Assembly: GCF_000025505.1 (NCBI RefSeq)
Contig: NC_013849.1
Coordinates: forward strand, 1,770,001 to 1,802,000
From: Ferroglobus placidus DSM 10642
Lineage (GTDB): Archaea; Halobacteriota; Archaeoglobi; Archaeoglobales; Archaeoglobaceae
Direction of reading: 5' to 3'
DNA: 32,000 nt
Shown here: positions 9,434 through 17,477 of the stretch, in pieces
Layout of the letters: each line of letters begins with the position of its first letter
Numbering within the stretch: position 1 is the stretch's first letter
The notes under the pieces: generated by a model
Seen by the model: only the letters and a program-made list of their open reading frames with translations
Databases searched by the model: none
What the model was told of the DNA's origin: nothing
Made by a program: the position numbers and the translations under genes

Positions 9434-10027
9434 GTGAAAGGTATTTTGAGGGAAATTCGTTACTTTCTGGACTTCGTGCTTGCATCAATAAAAATAGCTC
9501 TCACCGGCGATCGAAGGTATTACGTATGGCTCGCGAGCTTGGTTATGCTCGTCGTTCTCGGGACTTATGCGTACGTATACCAGCTCATGCATGGTCTAAT
9601 TGTTACCGGAATGCGTGATCAAGTGAGCTGGGGGCTTTACATCTCAAACTTCACGTTCTTCGTTGGTGTTGCAGCTTCAGCAGTTCTAATCGTCGCACCC
9701 CTCTATCTCTACAACTACAGGGAATTTGAGTACATTGTCACTTTCGGAGAATTCTTGGCAGTGGCAGCTCTGATAATCGCACTTACAAACGTTTTAGCTG
9801 ATGTGGGTAGAGTAGAAAGGTTGTGGCACATGTTTCCGCTGATCGGAACTCCGAACTGGCCTGATTCGATGCTTGTTTGGGATGTCATTGTGCTGAACGG
9901 ATACCTGCTTTTGAATCTCTTGATTCCGGGATACAAACTTTACAAGAAGTACATAGGCTCAGAGCCAAGTAATTGGATAAAGTTCTTCATATTTCTTTCC
10001 ATTCCCTGGGCAGCCCTGTCAACTTAA
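9434..10027 (+). pseudogene. NrfD/PsrC-family membrane subunit, truncated at its C-terminus
   Basis: MKGILREIRYFLDFVLASIKIALTGDRRYYVWLASLVMLVVLGTYAYVYQLMHGLIVTGMRDQVSWGLYISNFTFFVG is NrfD-like. The frame ends within 10 bp of where the transposase-derived sequence begins. About 197 aa remain, whereas typical family members are roughly twice that. Confidence 0.8.
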
Positions 10028-10588
10028 CCACCTCAGATGATTGTAATAGAGCATGAAGAGTTTGCAGAATAGATTCCAGTTTTTAATTGGATTTTTAGTG
10101 GAAATCGAACAGAAGAACAGCTTAACTCTCTGTTTAAATGAGCTGAACGTCGCTTCAACCAGACTTCTCTTTCCGAAAGGTTTGGTGTTCAAATTCCAAG
10201 CCTAAACTTTCTATTGCTTTTCTCAGCCATGGTGCTTTGTCTATCAAAAACTTGGGTTCGTTCTCGCAGTAATTAAGAACTTCTTTGACGAAAGACCTTG
10301 CTGTAAGAATGTTTCTCGTCGTGTTCTTCTCAGTCGAAATCGGCAGTTTTTTAAACTTCTTTATCCACTTCCACACAGCCGTATGGGAGACCGGACGAAA
10401 CTCTGAGAGAATTTTAGCCGTTCTCCTCGTCGAAGAAGTTTGAACGTAAGTGGCTACGCCAAGAATTCTAATGTCGTTCGGAACTCTTTCCCTCTCAAAC
10501 AACTCAAGCTCCTCTATAAGCTTCTTCAACTTCATCAAAATTGTCTGAATAATATTCTGGGAAGGTAAAGTTTACGGGTCTAACTTGA
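10019..10588 (-). mobile_element. Degraded IS remnant (DDE transposase, IS6-like archaeal type)
   Basis: Minus strand MMKLKKLIEELELFERERVPNDIRILGVATYVQTSSTRRTAKIL...TAVWKWIKKF, then FLIDKAPWLRKAIESLGLEFEHQTF. The continuation GKRSLVEATFSSFKQRVKLFFCSISTKNPIKNWNLFCKLFMLYYNHLR is in another frame. Imperfect terminal repeats: tcaacttaaccacc (10019-10032) vs revcomp of 10575-10588, tcaagttagacccg. Confidence 0.75.
10155..10538 (-). pseudogene. Transposase, internally deleted and frameshifted
   Basis: The 127-aa ORF joins the HTH region directly to KNTTRNILTARSFVKEVL, lacking the segment expected to carry the first catalytic Asp. The reading frame then shifts near ACCTTTCGGAAAG. Confidence 0.72.
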
Positions 10589-10608
10589 AGATCGATTGGC
10601 TTTTATAC

Positions 10609-10629
10609 TTTCGTTTACAACACACGAAA
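10609..10629. promoter_or_regulatory. Inverted repeat between TATA-like element and vapB start (candidate autoregulatory operator)
   Basis: tttcgt-(9 nt)-acgaaa ends one base before ATG 10631; TATA-like tttata lies at about 10602-10607. Confidence 0.35.
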
Positions 10630-10630
10630 C

Positions 10631-10843
10631 ATGAAAACTATAACAATATCGGATGAAGTCTACGAGAAGCTCGTTAGGATCAAGGGAAAGAAGAGTTTCA
10701 GTGCCATCATAGATGAGCTGATAAAAAGAAATGTAGAGAAAAGGATTGAAATGTTAATTAAATCCGCCGAGAAGACGGGATATGAGGATGAACTAGAGAA
10801 AATCTCCAAGGAAATAAGAAAGAGCTTCAGGGTGAGAATTTGA
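10631..10843 (+). CDS. vapB: VapB-type antitoxin (DUF217-like)
   Basis: MKTITISDEVYEKLVRIKGKKSFSAIIDELIKRN...; start overlap (ATGA) with the downstream PIN gene. Confidence 0.85.
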   Translation: MKTITISDEVYEKLVRIKGKKSFSAIIDELIKRNVEKRIEMLIKSAEKTGYEDELEKISKEIRKSFRVRI

Positions 10844-11256
10844 ATCTCATACTCGATACGTCGTTCCTAATCGAGCTTAAAAAGGGTAATAAAAAAGCTG
10901 TAGAAGCTTTAAATGAGCGAAAAGAAGATTGCGAAGATATAGTTGTCAGCACGCTAACTGTCTACGAGCTACTCGTAGGAGCTAACTACATCTGGAAAAA
11001 GCACGGTAATGCAAAAGAGATGATGATAATCAGCGACATGCTGAAGGCTCTAACAGTTGTTCCAGTCGATTTAGATGTTGTAAAAAGAGCATCCGAGGTA
11101 AAAGCTGAACTGATTCTTAGAGGTATTGACGTTCCAGACTTGGACATTCTGATAGCTTGCAGTACCGACGGGGAAATTTTAACATTTGATAAAGACTTCA
11201 ATCCGTTAAAGGAATTGGGGTTTAAGATTTCGTTTTTAGGTGATGAGGATGAATGA
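10840..11256 (+). CDS. vapC: VapC-type PIN-domain toxin ribonuclease
   Basis: MNLILDTSFLIELKKGNKKA...STLTVYELLVGANY...VPDLDILIACSTDGEILTFDKDFNPL retains the PIN acidic residues. Confidence 0.92.
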   Translation: MNLILDTSFLIELKKGNKKAVEALNERKEDCEDIVVSTLTVYELLVGANYIWKKHGNAKEMMIISDMLKALTVVPVDLDVVKRASEVKAELILRGIDVPDLDILIACSTDGEILTFDKDFNPLKELGFKISFLGDEDE

Positions 11257-12708
11257 ATTTCCGATAAAAAAGGACTTTCATAGAGGAGACTTTCCTAGTT
11301 AAAGAGGTTAGCGAGAAGTCTGCGAGGGAGAAGAACATAAGGCACGGTCACATTTCGACTTTGCACATCTGGTGGGCGAGGCGACCTTTAGCTGCTTCGA
11401 GGGCAACAGCCTATGCTGCTTTAATTCCAGCTCCAGAGGATGTCGAAGAGGCTGAGAAGGTAAAGCAGTTTATAGCCGAGCTTTGCAAATGGGAAAATTC
11501 GCTGAACCCAACATACGTCGAGAAAGCGAGAGAGGACATCAGAAAGGCTCTGGGTTATACACCAAGAGTTCTCGATCCTTTCGCTGGTGGTGGTGCAATT
11601 CCTTTAGAGGCTTTGAGGTTGGGCTGTGAAGTTTACGCTTCGGACTACAATCCAGTTGCGGTTTTGATTCTGAAGGCTGTTTTGGAGTATCCGCAGAAGT
11701 ATGGTAAAAAGCTAGTCGAAGATGTCAAGAAGTGGGGAGAGTGGGTTCTTGAGGAGGCGAAGAAGGAGATTGGAAGGTTTTACCCAAACGATGTGATTGA
11801 GCAGAAGGGATACTTCGGCGAGAGTGGGGAAGAGTATATTCCCGTTGGCTACATCTGGGCGAGAACTATTCCATGCCAGAACCCAGCTTGCGGAGCTGAA
11901 ATTCCCTTAATGAGGCAGTTCTGGTTAGCGAAGAAGAGCAACAAGAAAGTTGCTCTTTATCCTTACGTTGAGGGTAAGGAAGTGAGGTTCAAGGTTGTTG
12001 GAGATGGTTATGAAAAGATGCCGGCTGGATTCGACCCGTCTAAGGGAACTGTGAAGGGTGCAATTGCAACATGTCTTGTCTGCGGTTCGACAGTTGATGC
12101 CAAGACAACGAGAAGACTGTTTCAGGAAGGCAAAGCAGGAGAGAGGATGGTTGCTGTCGTTTTGCATCATCCCAAAAAGAAGGGGAAGTTTTACAGGGTG
12201 GCGAATGAGAAAGACATGGAGGTTTTCAGGCAGGCTGAGGAGTACTTGGCTGAGAAGATTGAGGAGCTGAGAAAGAAGTGGGGGATTGAGCCTGTTCCTG
12301 ATGAACCTTTAAGGAGAGTGCCAGTACCTTTTGGAGTCATAAACGTTTGGGTTTATGGCATGAAAACATGGGGCGATTTGTTCAATTCAAGGCAAAAGCT
12401 TGCATTGATTACGTTTGTGGATAAGGTTAGGGAGGCTTACCGCAAGATGGTTGAGGAAGGCAATGAGGGGGTATGCGAGGGCCGTTGTGACGTATTTGGG
12501 GTTGAATTTCGATATTTTCGCCACCTACAGTTGCTCTCTTGCAAGATATAGAGGTGACACCGAGTCGATAGAAAGAATCTTTGATAGACAAGCTCTTCAA
12601 ATGGTTTGGGATTATGGTGAGGTTAATCCATTCGGAAAATCAAGAGGGGACTGGTTAGAAATTATCAGTTTTAGCATAAGGGTCATTGAAGGCAATTCGA
12701 AAATCTAA
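11249..12708 (+). pseudogene. DUF1156-family adenine-specific DNA methylase: two frameshifts and C-terminal truncation
   Basis: Contains IRHGHISTLHIWWARRPLAASRATAYAALIP, VLDPFAGGGAIPLEALRLGCEVYASDYNP and a zinc-ribbon region (CQNPACGAE...CLVCGS). The N-terminus MNEFPIK is joined to RTFIEETFLVKEVSEKSAREKN only after a +1 shift at A6 (11266-11271). The C-terminal frame YARAVVTYLGLNFDIFATYS...DRQALQMVWDYGEVNPF is joined only after a +1 shift at G5 (12467-12471). The ORF stops before any DPPY motif. Confidence 0.82.
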
Positions 12709-13648
12709 CAATCTTCTCTAGTCTCAATCTCAAAGGTGGATGTGTTTTGGGTAAGGGTCTGTTAAAAATAATCTGGGGGTTGAGGTAAACAATGACAGAC
12801 TTTATTATTTCCCTGAAAAGTGCTTTGTAAGATACTCCCTCGACTAATAAGTTACCTGAAAATTCAACATTCTTTAAAAAAGACTCATAGCCTCTCAAAT
12901 TGTTGTAAATATGCAATTTAACAAGTGCCATTGCAGTTGGCTTAAATCCTACCATCTGCGTTGCATAAACGTCCGCCTCGTGCTCGTTTATCCAGCTTGA
13001 AATCATGAATGAAATGGCATACATTGGCAAAAATGCTACGAATGTCAAAGATAAGCTAATTTTCAGAGAAATATTAATATTCGAAAATAGAATTAACTGA
13101 GTTATAGCTATAATAAACGACGCTAACACGAGCCACAAACCACGCATGATTACCGTTGTAACGAACCAGAATTTGTTTTTAGAGTGCCCAATCTCATGAT
13201 AAATAATAGCTTCTCTTTCTTTCTCCGATAAAACTTCAAAAAGACTCTTGGTAATGTGTATATCCCTTTTCCTCGGATTAAACCACGCATTGTAAATTTT
13301 ATTAGCGTCATAGCATAGAATAATCGGAATCCCATTAATTTCGCTAATTTTCTCCGTATTCATGCATTTGAATTCTGAATATTCCCACCAGATTAGGAGG
13401 GTGATTAACAAAAAGAAAATAAAATACGCCATGACTGTAATAAGTAGGTTTGAACTAATCGCTGATAAAATCACACCTGTTAAAATCGAAAGAACCAGTA
13501 ACACAATAAAAAACTGCAAAAGAGTTAACAGTGACTTTCCCTTTTTGAGATATCCCACATATGTCAGAATAAGCGAAATGCAAAATAGGAGAGTCATCAA
13601 TAAAATTCCAAACAACAAATTTGTGACCAGAAAACTGGTGATATTCAT
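12683..13648 (-). CDS. M48-family (HtpX/BlaR1-like) membrane metallopeptidase
   Basis: EREAIIYHEIGHSKNKF (HExxH) with downstream INEHEADVYATQMVG; multiple TM segments. Confidence 0.87.
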   Translation of the reverse strand: MNITSFLVTNLLFGILLMTLLFCISLILTYVGYLKKGKSLLTLLQFFIVLLVLSILTGVILSAISSNLLITVMAYFIFFLLITLLIWWEYSEFKCMNTEKISEINGIPIILCYDANKIYNAWFNPRKRDIHITKSLFEVLSEKEREAIIYHEIGHSKNKFWFVTTVIMRGLWLVLASFIIAITQLILFSNINISLKISLSLTFVAFLPMYAISFMISSWINEHEADVYATQMVGFKPTAMALVKLHIYNNLRGYESFLKNVEFSGNLLVEGVSYKALFREIIKSVIVYLNPQIIFNRPLPKTHPPLRLRLEKIVRFSNCLQ

Positions 13649-13848
13649 ATGCTCTAGTTACTGTCATTTTCTTAAAAATTTTTGGCATACTTATCAAGAT
13701 TTAAGGATTTCTAACCCCACCAACAAGTCAATCTCATTTAAAGAAACAGAAACAAAAGATATTAATATCTTAAAGAACATTTAACAGTATGTTTGAGCAA
13801 GCAATTAAGACAGTAGAATTTTTAACCAAATAATCAGGTTGCCAAAAT

Positions 13849-14013
13849 ATGATATTCGGCTTCATCGTCCTTGCATTGCTCTATCCAATTTTGAAACAAA
13901 TGGCTCCAGACCCACAAACTCAGAGCTTTCTGCTCACTGTTTTAGCTGTGGCGATCATTTCACTTTCACTAATCAGTATTGCCTCAGAGGATGCTCGTGC
14001 AATCATAATTTAG
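13849..14013 (+). CDS. Possible small two-helix membrane protein
   Basis: Manual translation: MIFGFIVLALLYPILKQMAPDPQTQSFLLTVLAVAIISLSLISIASEDARAIII. It is below the ORF-track cutoff and on the same strand as the downstream DprA-like gene. Confidence 0.3.
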   Translation: MIFGFIVLALLYPILKQMAPDPQTQSFLLTVLAVAIISLSLISIASEDARAIII

Positions 14014-14135
14014 TTGCTCATACCTTTGCATTCTTCAGAATCTTAACAATTCTCAGCACTAACACCGCCAAGTTTTAAAAGTTTAAATGACTATAAACAA
14101 ACAGACAATCAGAAAATGAAAAAGGGAGATGAAGT

Positions 14136-14876
14136 ATGACTTTACACAAATCGCTGGAAGCCAACATAAGAAAAATCACTCCTAAAGAGTTGCTGGGGCG
14201 AAAGCTTAACGATTTTGAGAGGAGATACGCTCCAAAGGAGCTTTACATTGCAGGTTCGATGAAGATACCTCTCCCAGAGCCGAGGGTGGCTGTAATTGGA
14301 ACAAGAAAACCATCGCCTAAGGGAATCGAGGCTGCATCAAAAATTACGAAGGTTCTTGTTGAGCACGGTGTTGTGGTCGTAAGCGGTCTCGCAAGGGGAA
14401 TTGACACCGTTGCACACAAAACAGCAATTGAAAATGGCGGAAAAACAATCGCTGTGTTGGGGACTCCTCTCAACAAATTTTATCCTGCGGAAAACAAACC
14501 TCTGCAGGAGCTAATCATGAAAGAGCATTTGGCTATCAGCCAGTATCCCATCGGATACATCACCAAGCCGAAACACTTCGTTCTCAGGAACCGAACTATG
14601 GCTTTGATATCCAACGCAAGCATCATTGTTGAGGCAGGGGAAAGCAGTGGGGTGATTTCTCAGGGTTGGGAGACTTTGAGACTTGGCAGACCACTCTTTT
14701 TCTGGAAATCACTTGTGGAAAAGGACTTTAAATGGGTCAGAGAAATGATGAAGTATGGGGCTTGCGTTCTTCAAAATGTCAATGATTTGAAGCGTGCCAT
14801 TCGTGAGATGCTCCCTCCTCCTGCAGAAATTCCAAAATCAGAGTTAAGGGTTGTAGACCTCAGTAGTTTTCTATAG
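14136..14876 (+). CDS. DprA/Smf-like Rossmann (SLOG-type) protein, ShosA-like candidate
   Basis: VAVIGTRKPSPKG, VVVVSGLARGIDTVAHKTAIENGGKTIAVLGTPLNKFYPAEN, VLRNRTMALISNASIIVEAGESSGVISQGWE. Preceded by the RBS-like ggagatgaag. Confidence 0.88.
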   Translation: MTLHKSLEANIRKITPKELLGRKLNDFERRYAPKELYIAGSMKIPLPEPRVAVIGTRKPSPKGIEAASKITKVLVEHGVVVVSGLARGIDTVAHKTAIENGGKTIAVLGTPLNKFYPAENKPLQELIMKEHLAISQYPIGYITKPKHFVLRNRTMALISNASIIVEAGESSGVISQGWETLRLGRPLFFWKSLVEKDFKWVREMMKYGACVLQNVNDLKRAIREMLPPPAEIPKSELRVVDLSSFL

Positions 14877-14881
14877 GATTT

Positions 14882-15601
14882 ATGAACGTAGAAGAAATTT
14901 TAAAAAAGCTCGAATTTTGCTCAATGTTCTCCTATTGCCCCAAGGACGATTCTGAAGAAGGGTCGTTTGCGAAGAAGGTTATGAGCTGGATAAAAAATGA
15001 TACCGTTGTAGCAGTCAAAAAACCAGTAGTTAGAGAAGGTAAGACGAAAATGATTCAGCAAGAAATGCCTATGTCCTGTTATGTGGCTGAGCAATTGAAA
15101 ATTTTGGTCGACAAAGGTTATTTCTCAGACTTCTTCCCTAAAGATGTGATTTTAGTCCCCATGCCTCGATCATCACCAATTAAGAAGGGACAACTTTGGC
15201 CAGCATATCAGATAGCAAAAGCGATGGAAGACGAAGGATTAGGAGTTGTTGAGCCACTAATCCAAAGAGTGTCCCCTATCCAAAAGTCATCTTATGCTCC
15301 ACCAAACAAAAGACCAAAACCTGCAGACCACTTTAACAGCATGAGAGTTAGCCAGATTGTGGATTTGGATTGTAACCATGTTTTGCTTGTCGACGACATC
15401 GTAACCAGAGGACACACATTCATGGGTGCAGCTTGGAGAATTAAGGTTGCATACCCCGAAGCTGAAATAAAAGCATTTGCAGCAATGCAAACAATCAGCG
15501 ATAAATCAAAATTTAAGAGATACTTCTATCCGGCAAAAGGAACAATAAATTATTGGCCAAATTCCGGAACCTGCAGACGCGATTGGGAACCTATTAGATA
15601 A
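14882..15601 (+). CDS. Phosphoribosyltransferase-domain protein, ShosT-like candidate
   Basis: PRPP-binding-type motif HVLLVDDIVTRGHTFMGAA and VILVPMPRSSPIKKGQLWPAYQIAKAM; starts 5 nt after the DprA-like stop. Confidence 0.82.
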   Translation: MNVEEILKKLEFCSMFSYCPKDDSEEGSFAKKVMSWIKNDTVVAVKKPVVREGKTKMIQQEMPMSCYVAEQLKILVDKGYFSDFFPKDVILVPMPRSSPIKKGQLWPAYQIAKAMEDEGLGVVEPLIQRVSPIQKSSYAPPNKRPKPADHFNSMRVSQIVDLDCNHVLLVDDIVTRGHTFMGAAWRIKVAYPEAEIKAFAAMQTISDKSKFKRYFYPAKGTINYWPNSGTCRRDWEPIR

Positions 15602-15750
15602 ATCTAAATTAGATGATGGCTAAAATAGGAAATCAGGAAATATGTAAAAATCTAAGTTTTTGCTGGATGCAAACATTGGCTTCAAGCACAGAGGTGATTA
15701 GATCTTTTGGTTAGTTCAAGATAGTTTGAAAACTCATGCACCAAAACAAG

Positions 15751-16863
15751 TTACTCATACTTATGCAACCTCACCACAACTTTATCTCCATCTTCCAAAT
15801 CCCAACCATTCACCTCCAGAATACCTACAAAATTGCCATCAAATGACTTAGCCATTATAACGTAATCTCCATAATTTCTCAGCACAGTTTGATATTTTCC
15901 ACTCTCATCTGTCTCGCCTCTTTCAATCAGAGGGTCATACCAGTTTTTCAATGCGAAAATCTCTACTTCAGCATTTTTTGCTGGTCTATCGTTTGCTTCA
16001 CCTGCAGCAGGGTCGATTATCGCAACAATCGTGATATTCACGGCTTTAAATCCGTGTTTAGCAAGAACAGAAGTTCCAGTTTCATCTTCTCTCAGATTGT
16101 ATAAATTTTCGTAAACATTTCTTTTATTCTTTTTTAGATATTCAGCGTATGATTCTGCTTTCACAGGATAACTGGGTGTTGTAAAAATCCCGTCGAAAAC
16201 CCACCAACTTCCATTCCAGTAAATTTCTGGGAAAGCGTGGTCGAATCCTTCCATGTTGACCTTTCTTGTTTCCAGTCCAGTAACATCTCGTAAAAAGGTT
16301 TTAATCGCAATGGCAAATTCGCCGCAATTTCCCTTTTTCTGCAGAACTATTAATTTTTCGTATCCATCAAACCAGACAAGGTATGCTGCAAATAGTGGTG
16401 TGAATCCGAGGTAAAATCCTGAATCTCTCGTTATAATTCTGTTGGGCAGAGTTTCATCGCTTCCGTAAGTCCCTTCAAATTCATCCCTGTATGCTACAAC
16501 AACCGCCCAGGAAGAGTCCATTTTACTTTTCTCTTTGAGATTTTCTTTGAAAAACTGTGCGTACTCGTTTACGGTACCACGATACTCAAACTCCACAGCA
16601 ACAAGCATTGTAATTTGAGAAAGAAACCAGAAAATTATGAACAAAGCCATTATTTGCTTTGTCAATCTCTTCAAGCTCCTCACAGATTTTTGAAACTTAT
16701 ATGCGAAAACTGCCAGTGAAAGAATTAGGGAGATTAGCAGTGGATAAATCGTTATAACTTCAATTAACGGATAAATTACAGACAAGACTGGAAACTCGAC
16801 GAAAACGATAAACACGATAATTGACAAAGATGGCAATAAGCTCTTCCTACCTTCAATGCTCAT
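15751..16863 (-). CDS. Membrane-anchored transglutaminase-like (cysteine protease fold) protein
   Basis: N-terminal TM helices; candidate Cys-His-Asp triad in KGNCGEFAIAIKTF, GFDHAFPEIYW and WWVFDGI; C-terminal beta-rich domain (EVEIFALKNWYDPLIERGETDESGKYQTVLRNYGDYVIMAKSF). Confidence 0.72.
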   Translation of the reverse strand: MSIEGRKSLLPSLSIIVFIVFVEFPVLSVIYPLIEVITIYPLLISLILSLAVFAYKFQKSVRSLKRLTKQIMALFIIFWFLSQITMLVAVEFEYRGTVNEYAQFFKENLKEKSKMDSSWAVVVAYRDEFEGTYGSDETLPNRIITRDSGFYLGFTPLFAAYLVWFDGYEKLIVLQKKGNCGEFAIAIKTFLRDVTGLETRKVNMEGFDHAFPEIYWNGSWWVFDGIFTTPSYPVKAESYAEYLKKNKRNVYENLYNLREDETGTSVLAKHGFKAVNITIVAIIDPAAGEANDRPAKNAEVEIFALKNWYDPLIERGETDESGKYQTVLRNYGDYVIMAKSFDGNFVGILEVNGWDLEDGDKVVVRLHKYE

Positions 16864-16914
16864 GTAAAAAATTTAAGAAGCAAAAAATATTAACTTTGCA
16901 CTGATAAAACAAAC

Positions 16915-17286
16915 ATGGAACCCAATCCAAAAATCTCAAAAATCATCGAAACCATCAAATCCCATCCCAACGTAATTGCAATCTACCTCTTTGGATCTCA
17001 CGCTAAAGGAGAAACCACTCCGCTATCAGACATCGACATTGCAGTAATCCTCGAAAACCCAACTCCGGAAAGCGAAGCGGACATCGGAAGCTTATCATCT
17101 CCAGAAATAGATGTCGTCCTTTTCCACCGCCTACCTTTGCACATAAAATACGAAGTCTTCAAATACGGAAAGGAGATATTCGTTCGAGACGAGGAAAAGC
17201 TCTTGGAGATTAAGCTAAAGGTTATGAGAGAATACCTCGATACGGTTAGAATGTATAAAATGATATCATCAGAGGTGCTCGGATGA
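16915..17286 (+). CDS. mntA: MNT-type minimal nucleotidyltransferase (antitoxin-like)
   Basis: YLFGSHAKGETTPLSDIDIAVIL (GSx9DxD) plus third acid in PEIDVVLF; overlaps a HEPN-like ORF. Confidence 0.85.
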   Translation: MEPNPKISKIIETIKSHPNVIAIYLFGSHAKGETTPLSDIDIAVILENPTPESEADIGSLSSPEIDVVLFHRLPLHIKYEVFKYGKEIFVRDEEKLLEIKLKVMREYLDTVRMYKMISSEVLG

Positions 17287-17477
17287 GGCTTGTTGAATAC
17301 ATCCTAAGATTCGAAAGACATCTTGAAGGAGCCAAAAATCTTAAGTCGAAAGACGTAAGAGACTATTTTGTATACAATACGCTCGCAATGGAATGTTTGC
17401 AAGCTGAAATTGTAAACCTCCTTGAAAAATGCTCCGATTTTGTTAACAGAGTGAAAGAGGAAGCTTGCAGAATCTGA
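17283..17477 (+). pseudogene. Truncated HEPN (DUF86/HepT-like) protein
   Basis: 64 aa, YILRFERHLEGAKNLKSKDVRDYFVYNTLAMECLQAEIVNLLEKC, resembles the N-terminal half of DUF86 HEPN. It stops before the Rx(4-6)H RNase motif, and no HEPN-like continuation was seen in the two alternative readings I followed. Confidence 0.6.

Noticed and set aside
11249-12708. Complete DISARM/BREX-like methylase system
   Set aside because: Only one methylase, itself broken, is visible. No DUF499, PglZ, helicase or PLD partner was found in the window.
13839-14078. 79-aa minus-strand ORF with many Cys/His
   Set aside because: The Cys/His spacing does not form a convincing zinc finger. The opposite strand encodes a more natural hydrophobic peptide. 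Neither is certain.
14136-15601. DprA + ComF natural-transformation pair
   Set aside because: The DprA-like protein lacks the extra DprA domains and the PRTase shows no clear ComF zinc ribbon. The island context and tight pairing fit a ShosTA-like module better, although this cannot be excluded without searches.
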